Shown: in pieces, positions 46,387-55,432 of the stretch
Numbering within the stretch: the first letter of the stretch is position 1
How the letters are laid out: each line of letters opens with the position of its first letter
DNA from: Ardenticatenaceae bacterium
GTDB taxonomy: Bacteria > Chloroflexota > Anaerolineae > Promineifilales > Promineifilaceae
Reading direction: 5' to 3'
Assembly (NCBI GenBank): GCA_020634455.1
Contig: JACKBQ010000002.1
Location: 856,606-920,605, forward strand
Length of the DNA stretch: 64,000 nucleotides
Notes under the pieces: model-generated
Databases searched by the model: none
The model's input: only the letters and a program-made list of their open reading frames with translations
What the model was told of the DNA's origin: nothing
Position numbers and translations under genes: made by a program

Positions 46387-47382
46387 TTACTGCTTACTGA
46401 GTAACAGGACTTCTTCGGCCGCAGTGCTATCGGTGATTAGGACGTCTATAAAGCCGCCGCGCAGCGCCCCTAAAATTGCAGGCGCTTTCATTTTTCCGGC
46501 GGCAACGCCAATTATTTTGCAAGGTGACTTTTTTAATTTTGCCAATTCAACGCCAATAATGCGGTTATGAATGCTCAGGTCTAGAATCTTCCCATTGATA
46601 TTGTAATGGGTAACACAAATGTCCCCTACCGCGCCTTGCGCTTTTAAGATTTCCAGGTCTTTCGTATCCAAATAACCTGCCCGGAGCATACTGGAGCGTT
46701 CTGGAACCACACTGCCAATGCCAACTAGCGCATAATCCGCATTGAGTGCCATTTCCAGCGTAGCGCTAATGCGCTTTTCTCCCAACAGGGCTCGTCGGCC
46801 AATCTGATCACTTACCAGCAGCGGGGCATCCAAAGCATGGTGTTGCCCGCCTAAATTATTGGCGATGGTGCGTACAACTTCAGAACCGTCAATTTCGGGG
46901 TCGCCATAGCCCAAAGAGCCAATCATTTGCACCACATGCAACCCGGACCGGCTGCGTGGTTGCAGCGCTTGGGCAACTTCGTGGGCAGCTGTGCCCCAAG
47001 AAACCCCAAGGACTGCGCCATCTGGTAGTTCCTCGGTTAAAAAGTTGGCACCGAGTTTGCCAACCAGCCGCAAGGTCTTTTGGTAGTTGAGCATACCCCG
47101 GTGTGCCACACGAACGTCCAGCAAATTAAAGCAGGAACGCAATTTTTGCTCCAGGGTGTATAAACGCTCTAGGGGGTGTTTAATTGAGATTTCAACAATG
47201 CCTTGGTCGCGGGCTTCGGTAAGAAGGCGGGAGATGGCCGAACGAGAGTAGCCAAACCGGCCGGCGATTTGGGCCTGACTCATTCCTTCCATATAGTAAA
47301 GATCGGCTACAGTTGCTAAGAACTGCATTCTTTCTTGACCAGGCATTGCGCTAACTTCTTCTCCAAAAAGGTTTGCAGACAA
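46387..47382 (-). CDS. SorC/DeoR(CggR)-family sugar-binding transcriptional regulator
   Basis: N-terminal HTH VADLYYMEGMSQAQIAGRFGYSRSAISRLLTEARDQGIVEI plus a C-terminal sugar-phosphate-binding domain. Start ambiguous (TTG 47382, ATG 47346 or 47328). Confidence 0.85.
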   Translation of the reverse strand: MSANLFGEEVSAMPGQERMQFLATVADLYYMEGMSQAQIAGRFGYSRSAISRLLTEARDQGIVEISIKHPLERLYTLEQKLRSCFNLLDVRVAHRGMLNYQKTLRLVGKLGANFLTEELPDGAVLGVSWGTAAHEVAQALQPRSRSGLHVVQMIGSLGYGDPEIDGSEVVRTIANNLGGQHHALDAPLLVSDQIGRRALLGEKRISATLEMALNADYALVGIGSVVPERSSMLRAGYLDTKDLEILKAQGAVGDICVTHYNINGKILDLSIHNRIIGVELAKLKKSPCKIIGVAAGKMKAPAILGALRGGFIDVLITDSTAAEEVLLLSKQ

Positions 47383-47481
47383 CCTGTTTTAGGTGGATTG
47401 TCTGCATGCGGCTTGCTTTTGCTGACTCGTACGACTGTTATAACCCATGATTTTCAAAAGGTGTCACAAATTTGCAAAATA

Positions 47482-47495
47482 TTCACATATGTGAA
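47482..47495. promoter_or_regulatory. perfect 14-bp palindrome TTCACATATGTGAA in the divergent sorC / rpsF spacer
   Basis: Exact palindrome about 100 nt upstream of the regulator gene and about 200 nt upstream of rpsF. AT-rich context. Confidence 0.35.
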
Positions 47496-47693
47496 AATGG
47501 CGGGTGCGAAACGGCCGTACCCACACCCAGTAAGTTGCTGAAAATGTGTGATAAAGTTGCAAAAAAACATAGTTTTGTTATTATTCTCCACCGTTGCACA
47601 GCAAAAATTTTATACATCTGCTGCTTTCCGCTCTTAAACAAGATTTAAGGGCAAAGCTCGCCAGAGTCATTCCAAGGAAAGGAGGTTAGCAAC

Positions 47694-47987
47694 GTGCGAG
47701 AGTACGAAGTTACCGTTATTTTTCAGACAAAATTAGATGATGAGGCTCGCGCTGCTTTAGTAGGGCGTGTCTCTGATTGGTTAACCCAAGGTGAAACCGA
47801 TGCAGACAAACCTGTACAGAACGTCTGGGGTCAGCGTCGTCTTGCCTATCCCATCAAGAAAAATTCTGAGGGATATTACATCCTGTTTGATGCAAAATTG
47901 AACCCAGAAAGCTTGTCTGATATTGAACGCAATATGCAATATACAGACGATATATTGCGCTACATGTTTGTACGCAAAGAACAATAA
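47694..47987 (+). CDS. rpsF: 30S ribosomal protein S6
   Basis: MREYEVTVIF...WGQRRLAYPIKKNSEGYYILF. AAAGGAGG RBS before GTG 47694. Confidence 0.95.
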   Translation: MREYEVTVIFQTKLDDEARAALVGRVSDWLTQGETDADKPVQNVWGQRRLAYPIKKNSEGYYILFDAKLNPESLSDIERNMQYTDDILRYMFVRKEQ

Positions 47988-48109
47988 TTAGGTCATAACA
48001 AAAGATTTAGCGTTGGTTCTTTAATTTTCGTGCAACCGTTAAGAACCCGTTTTAGAACTAAAATTTACAAGTGAACAAAGGGTAATCCCCCCATTGTTGG
48101 GAGTGTGTC

Positions 48110-48451
48110 ATGAACAAGGGGCTGAATAAAGTAATGATTATTGGTTGGGTTGATGGCGAACCTGAAGTGCGCGAGACGCCCAATGGCCGACCGGTTGCTT
48201 CATTCAGCGTAGCCACTTCTCGCTCTTGGACTTCTTCAGATGGTTCCAGGCACGAAGAAACCGAATGGTTTAACGTGGTCGCCTGGGGCAATTTGGCTGA
48301 GATTAGCAGCAAACGTCTGGGGCATGGGCAGCAAGTGTATGTTGAGGGCAGGCTACAAACCCGCAGTTGGGACGACAGCAATGGCCAGAAGCATTTTCGC
48401 ACTGAGGTCATTGCTCATGAATTAATTGCTATGAATGACAATGGCAATTAA
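48110..48451 (+). CDS. ssb: single-stranded DNA-binding protein, OB-fold only (no linker or acidic tail)
   Basis: LNKVMIIGWVDGEPEVRETPNGRPVASFSVAT...TEWFNVVAWGNLAE...VYVEGRLQTRSWDD. Ends ...HELIAMNDNGN followed by a TAATAA double stop. Confidence 0.92.
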   Translation: MNKGLNKVMIIGWVDGEPEVRETPNGRPVASFSVATSRSWTSSDGSRHEETEWFNVVAWGNLAEISSKRLGHGQQVYVEGRLQTRSWDDSNGQKHFRTEVIAHELIAMNDNGN

Positions 48452-48506
48452 TAAAAGATGCTATTTCAAACGATGGGCTTCCCTACTTTTTTAAGAGGAT
48501 ATAAAC

Positions 48507-48740
48507 ATGCGTTCCAGAAATCGAACAACAACAACTAGAAAAAGAAGCTGTAGCTTTTGTGTAGATGGTGTTAAGGTAATTGATTACAAGCAGCATGAGA
48601 TGTTGAGTCGGTACGTGAATGAGTACGGCCGTATCCGTCCGCGTCGCCAAACTGGTACCTGTGCCAAGCACCAGCGTGCCCTGGCTGTGGCTATCAAGCG
48701 TGCTCGCCACATTGCCTTGCTGCCCTTTGCAGACGAGTAA
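48507..48740 (+). CDS. rpsR: 30S ribosomal protein S18
   Basis: [70 protein letters not shown]. Confidence 0.95.
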   Translation: MRSRNRTTTTRKRSCSFCVDGVKVIDYKQHEMLSRYVNEYGRIRPRRQTGTCAKHQRALAVAIKRARHIALLPFADE

Positions 48741-48808
48741 TCACCCCCGAAAGTTTGACGATGATAAGGTAAGGAGTCGTACAAATCGAAGAAACGATTC
48801 CGCAAGCA

Positions 48809-48851
48809 ATGGCCGTTTTTGCGCTAAAAATAAAAAGTTAAAAACGGCCGT
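48809..48851 (+). other. hairpin whose stem is built from an ACGGCCGT copy and a near-copy
   Basis: ATGGCCGTTTTT (48809-48820) pairs with AAAAACGGCCGT (48840-48851), giving 12 bp with one G-U. 19-nt A-rich loop. Confidence 0.6.
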
Positions 48852-48863
48852 TGCCTGAGCCTG

Positions 48864-48900
48864 TCCTCCCGAGAACACCACTGTTTTCGGGAGGATTTTT
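48864..48900 (+). terminator. rho-independent terminator of the rpsF-ssb-rpsR operon
   Basis: TCCTCCCGA (48864-48872) pairs with TCGGGAGGA (48887-48895), followed by TTTTT. Confidence 0.8.
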
Positions 48901-48936
48901 GCGATGAATCTTACTCATTGGAGCAATAAATAAATC

Positions 48937-50262
48937 ATGGCAAAGAATAAAGAGACAACAACGACTGATGAGCAGCGCCAATCTCGTAAAGAGGTGCTTT
49001 TGGCCCGGAAGCAGGCAGAGCAAACACGCCAAATTCGCTTGGGCATAGCTGTTGTGGGTGGCTTGCTGCTTATCGTTTTTTTGGCGGCAATTATTAGTGA
49101 ATTGGTAATTGCCCCCAATCGTGCGGTTGCCATTGTGAACGACGAAGAGATTTCGTTGAGCGACTGGCAAGACCGGGTGCGTTTTGAACGTGCCCAGCGC
49201 ATTATTTTGCTGAATAACCAACTGGAAGCCTTCCAGGGGAATGTGGGCATTGTGCAGCAATTTGCCGGGCAAACAATCAATGAATTGTTTCAAACAGAGC
49301 AGTTAGGCCAGGCGGCGCTCAACCAGATGATTGATGAGGTCATTATTCGGCAGGCTGCTGAGGCGCGGGGCATTACGATTACCGACGAGGATGTGCAAAC
49401 CGAAATCGCGGCGACGTTCAACTTTTTTGATGGAGGGTTGCCGACACCGTTCCCCACTGGCACGGCCACTGTTCAGCCAACCCCGTCTATTACGCCGCTG
49501 CCAACGGCCGTAATTACCGACATTGTGCCCACCAACACGCCATCCCCCACGGCAACTTTAGCCCCAACCAGCACGCCCGCCCCTACAGCAACGCCAGTTT
49601 CTGCCGAAGCTTTTCAACAAGAGTTTAGCGATTTTATGACTCAGTTTAAAGATTTAGGCGTTTCTGAAGCGCAGTACCGGGAGATTGTGCGCTCGCAGCT
49701 TTACCGCGAGCGGCTGCTGGAGGTGCTGGTAGATGAGGATGAGCTTTCTGACGAAGCCATCCAGGCCAGCTTCTTTATCCTTCAATTTGACACCGAGGCG
49801 GAGGCAAATGAAGCAGCGGCTTTGGTTGATGCAGGCGATTACCTGACCGTGTGGAATGAAATTCGCAGCTTGCCCCCCGATCCGGCCTCTGCTTCTACGG
49901 CCGTTGCCAGCGAAGTGTTGTGGCGGACACAAGATGCAACCACCACAAATCTGGGCGCTGAGGTAGCCGACGCTGCTTTTAGCCTGCCTGTTGGCCAGCC
50001 AAGCGAAGTGATCTCCCGCACTGTTGATGCTACGACCACGACCTATTATCTTATTCAGGTTTCTGGACGTGAAGAACGGCCGTTGTCCGCTTCTGAGTAC
50101 CAAACCTTGCAATTAGAAAACCTGGCAGCTTTCATTGATGAGCAGATTGTGGCAGGTGGTCTTGAGTTAACCGAATATGATCGAGGTCGCACCCCAACAA
50201 ACCCGGTGCTTGACCCGCTGTTTACCACGCCACCGACCGCTACGCCGCCTGTTGGTGGTTAA
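48937..50262 (+). CDS. membrane-anchored SurA-N-terminal-domain / PpiD-like chaperone-type protein
   Basis: N-terminal TM anchor, VNDEEISLSDWQDRVRFERAQ... (SurA N-domain-like), an internal T/P-rich linker, and no clear rotamase motif seen. Confidence 0.5.
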   Translation: MAKNKETTTTDEQRQSRKEVLLARKQAEQTRQIRLGIAVVGGLLLIVFLAAIISELVIAPNRAVAIVNDEEISLSDWQDRVRFERAQRIILLNNQLEAFQGNVGIVQQFAGQTINELFQTEQLGQAALNQMIDEVIIRQAAEARGITITDEDVQTEIAATFNFFDGGLPTPFPTGTATVQPTPSITPLPTAVITDIVPTNTPSPTATLAPTSTPAPTATPVSAEAFQQEFSDFMTQFKDLGVSEAQYREIVRSQLYRERLLEVLVDEDELSDEAIQASFFILQFDTEAEANEAAALVDAGDYLTVWNEIRSLPPDPASASTAVASEVLWRTQDATTTNLGAEVADAAFSLPVGQPSEVISRTVDATTTTYYLIQVSGREERPLSASEYQTLQLENLAAFIDEQIVAGGLELTEYDRGRTPTNPVLDPLFTTPPTATPPVGG

Positions 50263-50270
50263 ACGATTGG

Positions 50271-50369
50271 CTGACAAAATTTCTTTAACCGCTGAGAACG
50301 CGGAGAGCGCAGAGAAAAATAAAGGAGAGAACTCCGCGTCCTCTACGGTAGAAATCTGAGTTTTGTCAG
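50271..50369 (+). repeat. long hairpin of GCGGAG/GCGCAGAG words after the chaperone-like gene
   Basis: CTGACAAAA (50271-50279) pairs with TTTTGTCAG (50361-50369). Inner GAACGCGGAG pairs with CTCCGCGTC. Confidence 0.65.
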
Positions 50370-50469
50370 TCAACCAGGTCTAATTCAGAAAGTGCTAAGT
50401 AGCTAGAAGATTACTACAATTTCCTTAAGGGCAGGTGCAAACCTGCCCTTATTTGCGTTAATTGGCAGT

Positions 50470-51240
50470 TTGGGCAAAATCATGCACATGGATGAAGAAA
50501 CGATCTGGCTGGAAGGCTCTATTTCTGTGGAGGCAGCACTGCGAGGCGGCTGTCGGGCTGTGTTGGCTGTGTATGTACAAGAGGGTAACGGCCGTCGCTG
50601 GGAGCGGCGGTTGGGCAAATTGCAGCAGCTAACCCGGCAGGCGCAAGTGCCGCTGGAACTGGTGAATGAGCAATTTATCGCCGAACGAGTTACCGGGCAG
50701 TCCCACGGCGGCGTGGTGGCTAAGGTCGGCCCCCGGCAGTTTGTGTCGCTGGAGTCGTTGGTAGTGGGGGTGGAACGGCCGTTCATCGTCATGTTAGATG
50801 GCATCGAAGACCCATTCAACTTTGGCCAGGCGCTGCGTTCACTGTATGCGGCAGGCGCGGCAGGCGTGGTGGTGCGGCCACGCAACTGGTTTAGTGCCGC
50901 TGGTATTGTCGCCCGCGCTTCGGCTGGCGTGTCTGAGCAGATGCCCATCGCCATTGCCGAAACGGCCGAATACGCTGCCGACACCTATCGCCAGTTGGGC
51001 TTGCGTATTGCTGCCACCAGCAACCAGAATGCCGTCTCCCTGTACGAAGCTGATCTAATCGAGCCACTTTTTTTGCTGCTGGGCGGTGAAAAACGAGGCA
51101 TTACCCGCTCCTTCTTGGCCCAGGCCGATTTGGTTTTGCAAATTCCGTACCAGCAGCCTAATTTTCAGCAGTCGTTGGGCGTTGTGGCTTCGGCAGCCAT
51201 TGTTGCTTTTGAAGTGATGCGCCAACGGAATAATTTATGA
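50470..51240 (+). CDS. TrmH/SpoU-family RNA 2'-O-methyltransferase (RlmB-like)
   Basis: Motifs LDGIEDPFNFGQALRS, LLLGGEKRGI and LQIPY...SLGVVASAAIVAFE. Start uncertain (TTG 50470, ATG 50482 or 50488). Confidence 0.85.
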   Translation: MGKIMHMDEETIWLEGSISVEAALRGGCRAVLAVYVQEGNGRRWERRLGKLQQLTRQAQVPLELVNEQFIAERVTGQSHGGVVAKVGPRQFVSLESLVVGVERPFIVMLDGIEDPFNFGQALRSLYAAGAAGVVVRPRNWFSAAGIVARASAGVSEQMPIAIAETAEYAADTYRQLGLRIAATSNQNAVSLYEADLIEPLFLLLGGEKRGITRSFLAQADLVLQIPYQQPNFQQSLGVVASAAIVAFEVMRQRNNL

Positions 51241-52559
51241 CTGAGTTAGAAAATATTGAGAGAGACAAATCGAAAAAATCCGGGTGGAAAACGGCCGTAA
51301 ATAGCCTCGGCCCTGTGCTTGTCACCTTGCTTACCCTCGGGCTGGTTATCGAAGTTAGCTTCCGGCTGTTTTACCAGCTCATTCCCATCGAGGTGTGTGC
51401 CTCAGACCCGATTATCGGCACCTACACCTGCCAGCCTTACTTTGAATATGACAAGCCCGTGCGCATTGGCTACCGCTACATTCCCAATTTTAAGCTGGAA
51501 GGGTTGTGGAACCCTGCCAACCCCTACCTGGCCAATTCCGAAAATAGCACCGCGCCCAGCGACCGGGACGACTCGTTTGAATATCGCTTTGTCACCGATG
51601 ATCATGGTTTTCCCAACGAACCGGCCGTTTGGCAAGACCAGTACGATATTGTGATTGCGGGGGACTCGTTCACCATTCGCACCGCACCCACCACCTGGAT
51701 TGAGCGGCTGGAACAGCACGCCGGGCAGGAGATTTTGACGCTGGGCGCACCAAGCTGGAGCACGCTGAACGAAGCTGAAGCGATCCGGCAATTTGGCCTG
51801 GATAAAAGTCCAACATACGTGTTGCTAATGTTTTTTGAGGGCAACGACATCATTAACACGCAGCAATATTTGGAGCGACGGGATAGCGGGCTGGATTGGC
51901 GTGCGTTCGATATGCAGGGTGTTTCCTGGTATCGGCGGCTGCTAACGCCTCATTTTGCGGCTTATTTTTGGCAAAAACTGTTCCCGACGGAGCCAGAAGC
52001 CGCGCCTGACTACCGCTATCCGGTGGCAGCCAGCACGGAGGCGGGGCTGATTGAGACGGTGTTTAAGGATATTCATTTGCTGCCGCTGAGTGCCGATTAT
52101 GAGACATTGGCCGCTTCGGATGAATTTACGGCCGTAAAATCTACCCTCATCGCCCTTAATGAAGAAGTCGCCGCGCAAGGGGCTCAGCTCGTTGTCGTCT
52201 ACATTCCCAGCAAAGAGCACGTGCTTTGGTCTCGCATTTGGGATCCGGAAGATGTGAACAACGTGCTGGAGCGCACCGTCACCGTTACGCTTAGCAACGG
52301 CGATTCTGGCCATTTGCAATGGGAGCCACGTTATTTGAGCTTCGATAAATTTGGCGAAACGAGCCAGGCGCAAGAACGTTTAATGGCCGATTTCACGGCC
52401 GAATCTGGCATTCAGTTTCTGAATTTGTCACCCATTTTTTGGGAGCAAAGCATTCAGCAGGGGGAGCTTTACCATTACGGGGACCCACACTGGAACCAGG
52501 CGGGGAACGATTTGGCGGCGGATGCTATTTGGGCCTTTTTACAATCGGTGGCTGAGTAA
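51237..52559 (+). CDS. membrane-anchored SGNH/AlgX-AlgJ-like hydrolase or acyltransferase domain protein
   Basis: N-terminal TM helix, VIAGDSFT (GDS block), FEGNDI, and the C-terminal HYGDPHWNQAGNDLAA (D-x-H-W-type block). Confidence 0.55.
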   Translation: MTELENIERDKSKKSGWKTAVNSLGPVLVTLLTLGLVIEVSFRLFYQLIPIEVCASDPIIGTYTCQPYFEYDKPVRIGYRYIPNFKLEGLWNPANPYLANSENSTAPSDRDDSFEYRFVTDDHGFPNEPAVWQDQYDIVIAGDSFTIRTAPTTWIERLEQHAGQEILTLGAPSWSTLNEAEAIRQFGLDKSPTYVLLMFFEGNDIINTQQYLERRDSGLDWRAFDMQGVSWYRRLLTPHFAAYFWQKLFPTEPEAAPDYRYPVAASTEAGLIETVFKDIHLLPLSADYETLAASDEFTAVKSTLIALNEEVAAQGAQLVVVYIPSKEHVLWSRIWDPEDVNNVLERTVTVTLSNGDSGHLQWEPRYLSFDKFGETSQAQERLMADFTAESGIQFLNLSPIFWEQSIQQGELYHYGDPHWNQAGNDLAADAIWAFLQSVAE

Positions 52560-53085
52560 AACACTGTGGGTTTTTACGATTGGTGAGTTTGCGCCAAAAG
52601 TAGACGGTAGTTCCCAGGCCGATGACGGTGCCGGAAAGCACAAAGGCAACGGCCGTTGCCGTAAATCCCACATATGATTCAGCTGGAACATTCAGGATGG
52701 TGATCACCAGTCCCACCAGCGCCATCACGAGCACACCCCCTACCACACCGCTTAGCGACCCCCAGATGAGTGCTTCGATGAGCGGAGAGGGATGGATGGA
52801 AACGGCCGTTAACGCTGACTTCAAAGGCTCTGGCAGCTCCTGTGGCGGAATTTTTGCCCCCATTTGTAACCGCAGAATTGTCCAATTAACCGCCTGGCGC
52901 TGAGCAGGGTCGTCAATGCCTCGCAGGGAAAGATACATTTTCTCGTCACGAATGATGACCGAACGCGCACTAAACTCATCTACCAGGCGTGCTTGTAGCA
53001 ACTGTTCCCTTAGGCCAGGGTGAGAGATGAGCAAAATCTCATGCGCCTCATTCGTAAATGAAAATGGTTGTGTAAGCGTCGTCAT
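52525..53085 (-). CDS. hypothetical membrane protein
   Basis: Soluble ~95-aa N-domain followed by two or three hydrophobic helices. The 3' end overlaps the convergent gene by 35 nt. Confidence 0.5.
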   Translation of the reverse strand: MTTLTQPFSFTNEAHEILLISHPGLREQLLQARLVDEFSARSVIIRDEKMYLSLRGIDDPAQRQAVNWTILRLQMGAKIPPQELPEPLKSALTAVSIHPSPLIEALIWGSLSGVVGGVLVMALVGLVITILNVPAESYVGFTATAVAFVLSGTVIGLGTTVYFWRKLTNRKNPQCFTQPPIVKRPK

Positions 53086-53311
53086 ACTGTTGAATTATGG
53101 TTGCGAGATTAAAGCAGGGTCAACCTGACTTATGGTCTAGCCCTCTCGCCGTTCAGGGGGCAGCGTGTTATAATTTTTTGGCTCTTTTCAAAGCAAACCA
53201 CAGAAATATTTTGTAATACAGTAGACGAGTTCTCCGTGGTTTGCCCAATCCAAACCAACTCATCCATCTAAAAATTAATTGTATGGAAATCCCCACTAAA
53301 GGAGTGAATAC

Positions 53312-54469
53312 GTGAATCTGCACGAATACCAAGCAAAACGGTTGTTTGCCGAACACGGCGTGCCGATTCCCAATGGTGACGTCGCCTCAACCCCGGCTGA
53401 GGCGCGCGAAGTTGCCAGGGAATTAGGTGGCAAAGTCGTCGTGAAATCCCAAGTGCTCATCGGTGGGCGCGGTAAGGCTGGCGGCATTAAGCTGGCCAAC
53501 AGCGCCGACGAAGCCGAAGCAGTCGCTGGCCAAATTTTAGGCATGGATATTAAAGGCTTCCAAGTAAATAAGGTGCTTATTGATGAGCAATCCCCTGGCG
53601 GCATTGACCAGGAAATTTATCTGGCAGTTCTTATTGACCGCGCCAAGCGTCGCCCAATGGTAATGGCCTCTGCCGAAGGTGGCATGGATATTGAAGAAGT
53701 GAACGAACGCAGCCCGGAAAAAATCTTCCGCGTGCATGTGGAACCAGCACTGGGTGTGCGTGGTTACCAATCCACCTATCTAGCCTCTTCTATGGATTTG
53801 CCCCGCGAGCTTTGGCGGGATTTCCACAAAGTGGTGTCTGGCTTGTACGCTTGCTTTGTGGCCAACGACGCATCGCTGACGGAAATAAATCCGCTGGTGA
53901 TTACGGGCACGCGGAAGTTAATGGCGCTGGATGGCAAAATGTCTATAGATGACAACGGGCTATCTCGGCGGCCAAAATTGGCTGAAATGCGGGATGTTGA
54001 TGAAGAAACGGCCGCAGAAAAAGAAGCGCGTCTCAATGGCATCAATTTTATTCAGCTGGAGGGCAACATTGGCTGTATGGTGAATGGGGCTGGTCTGGCG
54101 ATGGCGACGATGGACGTGGTAAAGAAGTTCGGCGAAGAATATAACTGTGCCCCGGCCAACTTTTTGGACATTGGTGGTGGAGCGAAGGCAGAGCAGGTAG
54201 CCACAGCGCTGCGCCTCATTTTGTCTGACAAGAGCGTGAAGGCTGTGCTGATCAACATCTTTGGCGGCATTACGCGTGGCGATGAGGTGGCCAAGGGCAT
54301 TATTGAAGCGTTAGAGCAGGTGAAAACAGACGTGCCGATGGTGGTACGGCTGGCAGGTACAAACGCTGCGGAAGGGATGGCGATTTTGGCGGATTCAGAA
54401 ATGGAAACGGCCGTTACCCTCTCCGACGCAGCCCAAAAAGCGGTTGCCGCTGCAAAGGGGGCCAAGTAA
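53312..54469 (+). CDS. sucC: succinate-CoA ligase (ADP-forming) beta subunit
   Basis: [23 protein letters not shown]-grasp, [17 protein letters not shown] and [19 protein letters not shown] before GTG 53312. Confidence 0.96.
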   Translation: MNLHEYQAKRLFAEHGVPIPNGDVASTPAEAREVARELGGKVVVKSQVLIGGRGKAGGIKLANSADEAEAVAGQILGMDIKGFQVNKVLIDEQSPGGIDQEIYLAVLIDRAKRRPMVMASAEGGMDIEEVNERSPEKIFRVHVEPALGVRGYQSTYLASSMDLPRELWRDFHKVVSGLYACFVANDASLTEINPLVITGTRKLMALDGKMSIDDNGLSRRPKLAEMRDVDEETAAEKEARLNGINFIQLEGNIGCMVNGAGLAMATMDVVKKFGEEYNCAPANFLDIGGGAKAEQVATALRLILSDKSVKAVLINIFGGITRGDEVAKGIIEALEQVKTDVPMVVRLAGTNAAEGMAILADSEMETAVTLSDAAQKAVAAAKGAK

Positions 54470-55347
54470 TGAGCATTCTCGTGAATAAACACACACGCCT
54501 TGTGGTTCAAGGGATCACCGGACGGGAAGGCACCTTCCACACCACCCAGATGATCGAATACGGCACCAATGTGGTCGCCGGTGTCACTCCCGGCAAAGGT
54601 GGCCAATGGTTCAGCACCGATGACAAAAAAGTACCCGTGTTTGATACCGTGAAGGAAGCTGTTGTTGCTACCGATGCCAACGTCTCTCTGATCTTTGTGC
54701 CCGCCCGGTTTGCTGTGGATGCCATCTACGAAGCCGCCGATGCTGGCGTAGATTTGATCGTTTGCCTGACTGAGCACATCCCAGTGCTGGATATGATTGC
54801 CTGCCGCGCCTACCTGGATACGCTGGATGTGCGCCTGATTGGGCCAAACTGTCCTGGCTTGCTCACCCCAGGCGAGGCCAAAGTGGGCATCATTCCTGGT
54901 TCCATTGCCATGCCTGGCAATGTAGGCGTAGTTTCCAAAAGCGGTACGCTCACCTACGAGGTAATTGATGCCTTGACCAAATTAGGCATTGGCCAAACCA
55001 CCTGTGTGGGCATTGGTGGCGATCCCATTGCTGGAACCAATTTTATTGATGTGCTGGCTTTGTTTGAAGAGGATCCGGCCACCGAGCAAATTGTGATGAT
55101 TGGTGAGATTGGCGGTAACGCGGAAGAGCAGGCGGCGGCGTACATCGCTCAGCATGTGACTAAACCGGTAACTTCGTTTATCGCGGGTCGCACGGCACCT
55201 CCCGGCAAGCGGATGGGCCACGCGGGGGCCATTGTGGAAGGCAAAAGTGGCACGGCCGAAAGCAAAGTAGCAGCATTGCGGGCGGCTGGCGTTCGTGTAG
55301 CAGATAATCCCGACGATATTGCCAAAATTGTGGCTGAACGACGGTAA
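54469..55347 (+). CDS. sucD: succinate-CoA ligase alpha subunit
   Basis: [21 protein letters not shown], and the phospho-His loop RMGHAGAIV. The start overlaps the sucC stop. Confidence 0.96.
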   Translation: MSILVNKHTRLVVQGITGREGTFHTTQMIEYGTNVVAGVTPGKGGQWFSTDDKKVPVFDTVKEAVVATDANVSLIFVPARFAVDAIYEAADAGVDLIVCLTEHIPVLDMIACRAYLDTLDVRLIGPNCPGLLTPGEAKVGIIPGSIAMPGNVGVVSKSGTLTYEVIDALTKLGIGQTTCVGIGGDPIAGTNFIDVLALFEEDPATEQIVMIGEIGGNAEEQAAAYIAQHVTKPVTSFIAGRTAPPGKRMGHAGAIVEGKSGTAESKVAALRAAGVRVADNPDDIAKIVAERR

Positions 55348-55356
55348 TTGGTAATC

Positions 55357-55428
55357 AGTGAAACAGTAATCAGTATTCAGTAATACACAACTGAATGCTG
55401 ATTACTAAATACTGACCTACTGTTCACT
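55357..55428 (+). repeat. GTAATCN heptad-word hairpin after sucD
   Basis: AGTGAAACAG AGTAATCAG TATTCAG ... CTGAATGCTGATTACT ... CTGTTCACT. AGTAATCAG pairs with CTGATTACT, and AGTGAA(A)CAG pairs with CTGTTCACT. Confidence 0.7.
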
Positions 55429-55432
55429 AGCA

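Noticed and set aside
48452-48506. A frame-shifted remnant of an SSB acidic tail (the alternative frame after the ssb stop reads ...[13 protein letters not shown]).
   Set aside because: The resemblance to D-D-D-(I/L)-P-F is weak and not C-terminal. The sequence coincides with the rpsR ribosome-binding site (AAGAGGA) and no linker region exists. Probably coincidence.
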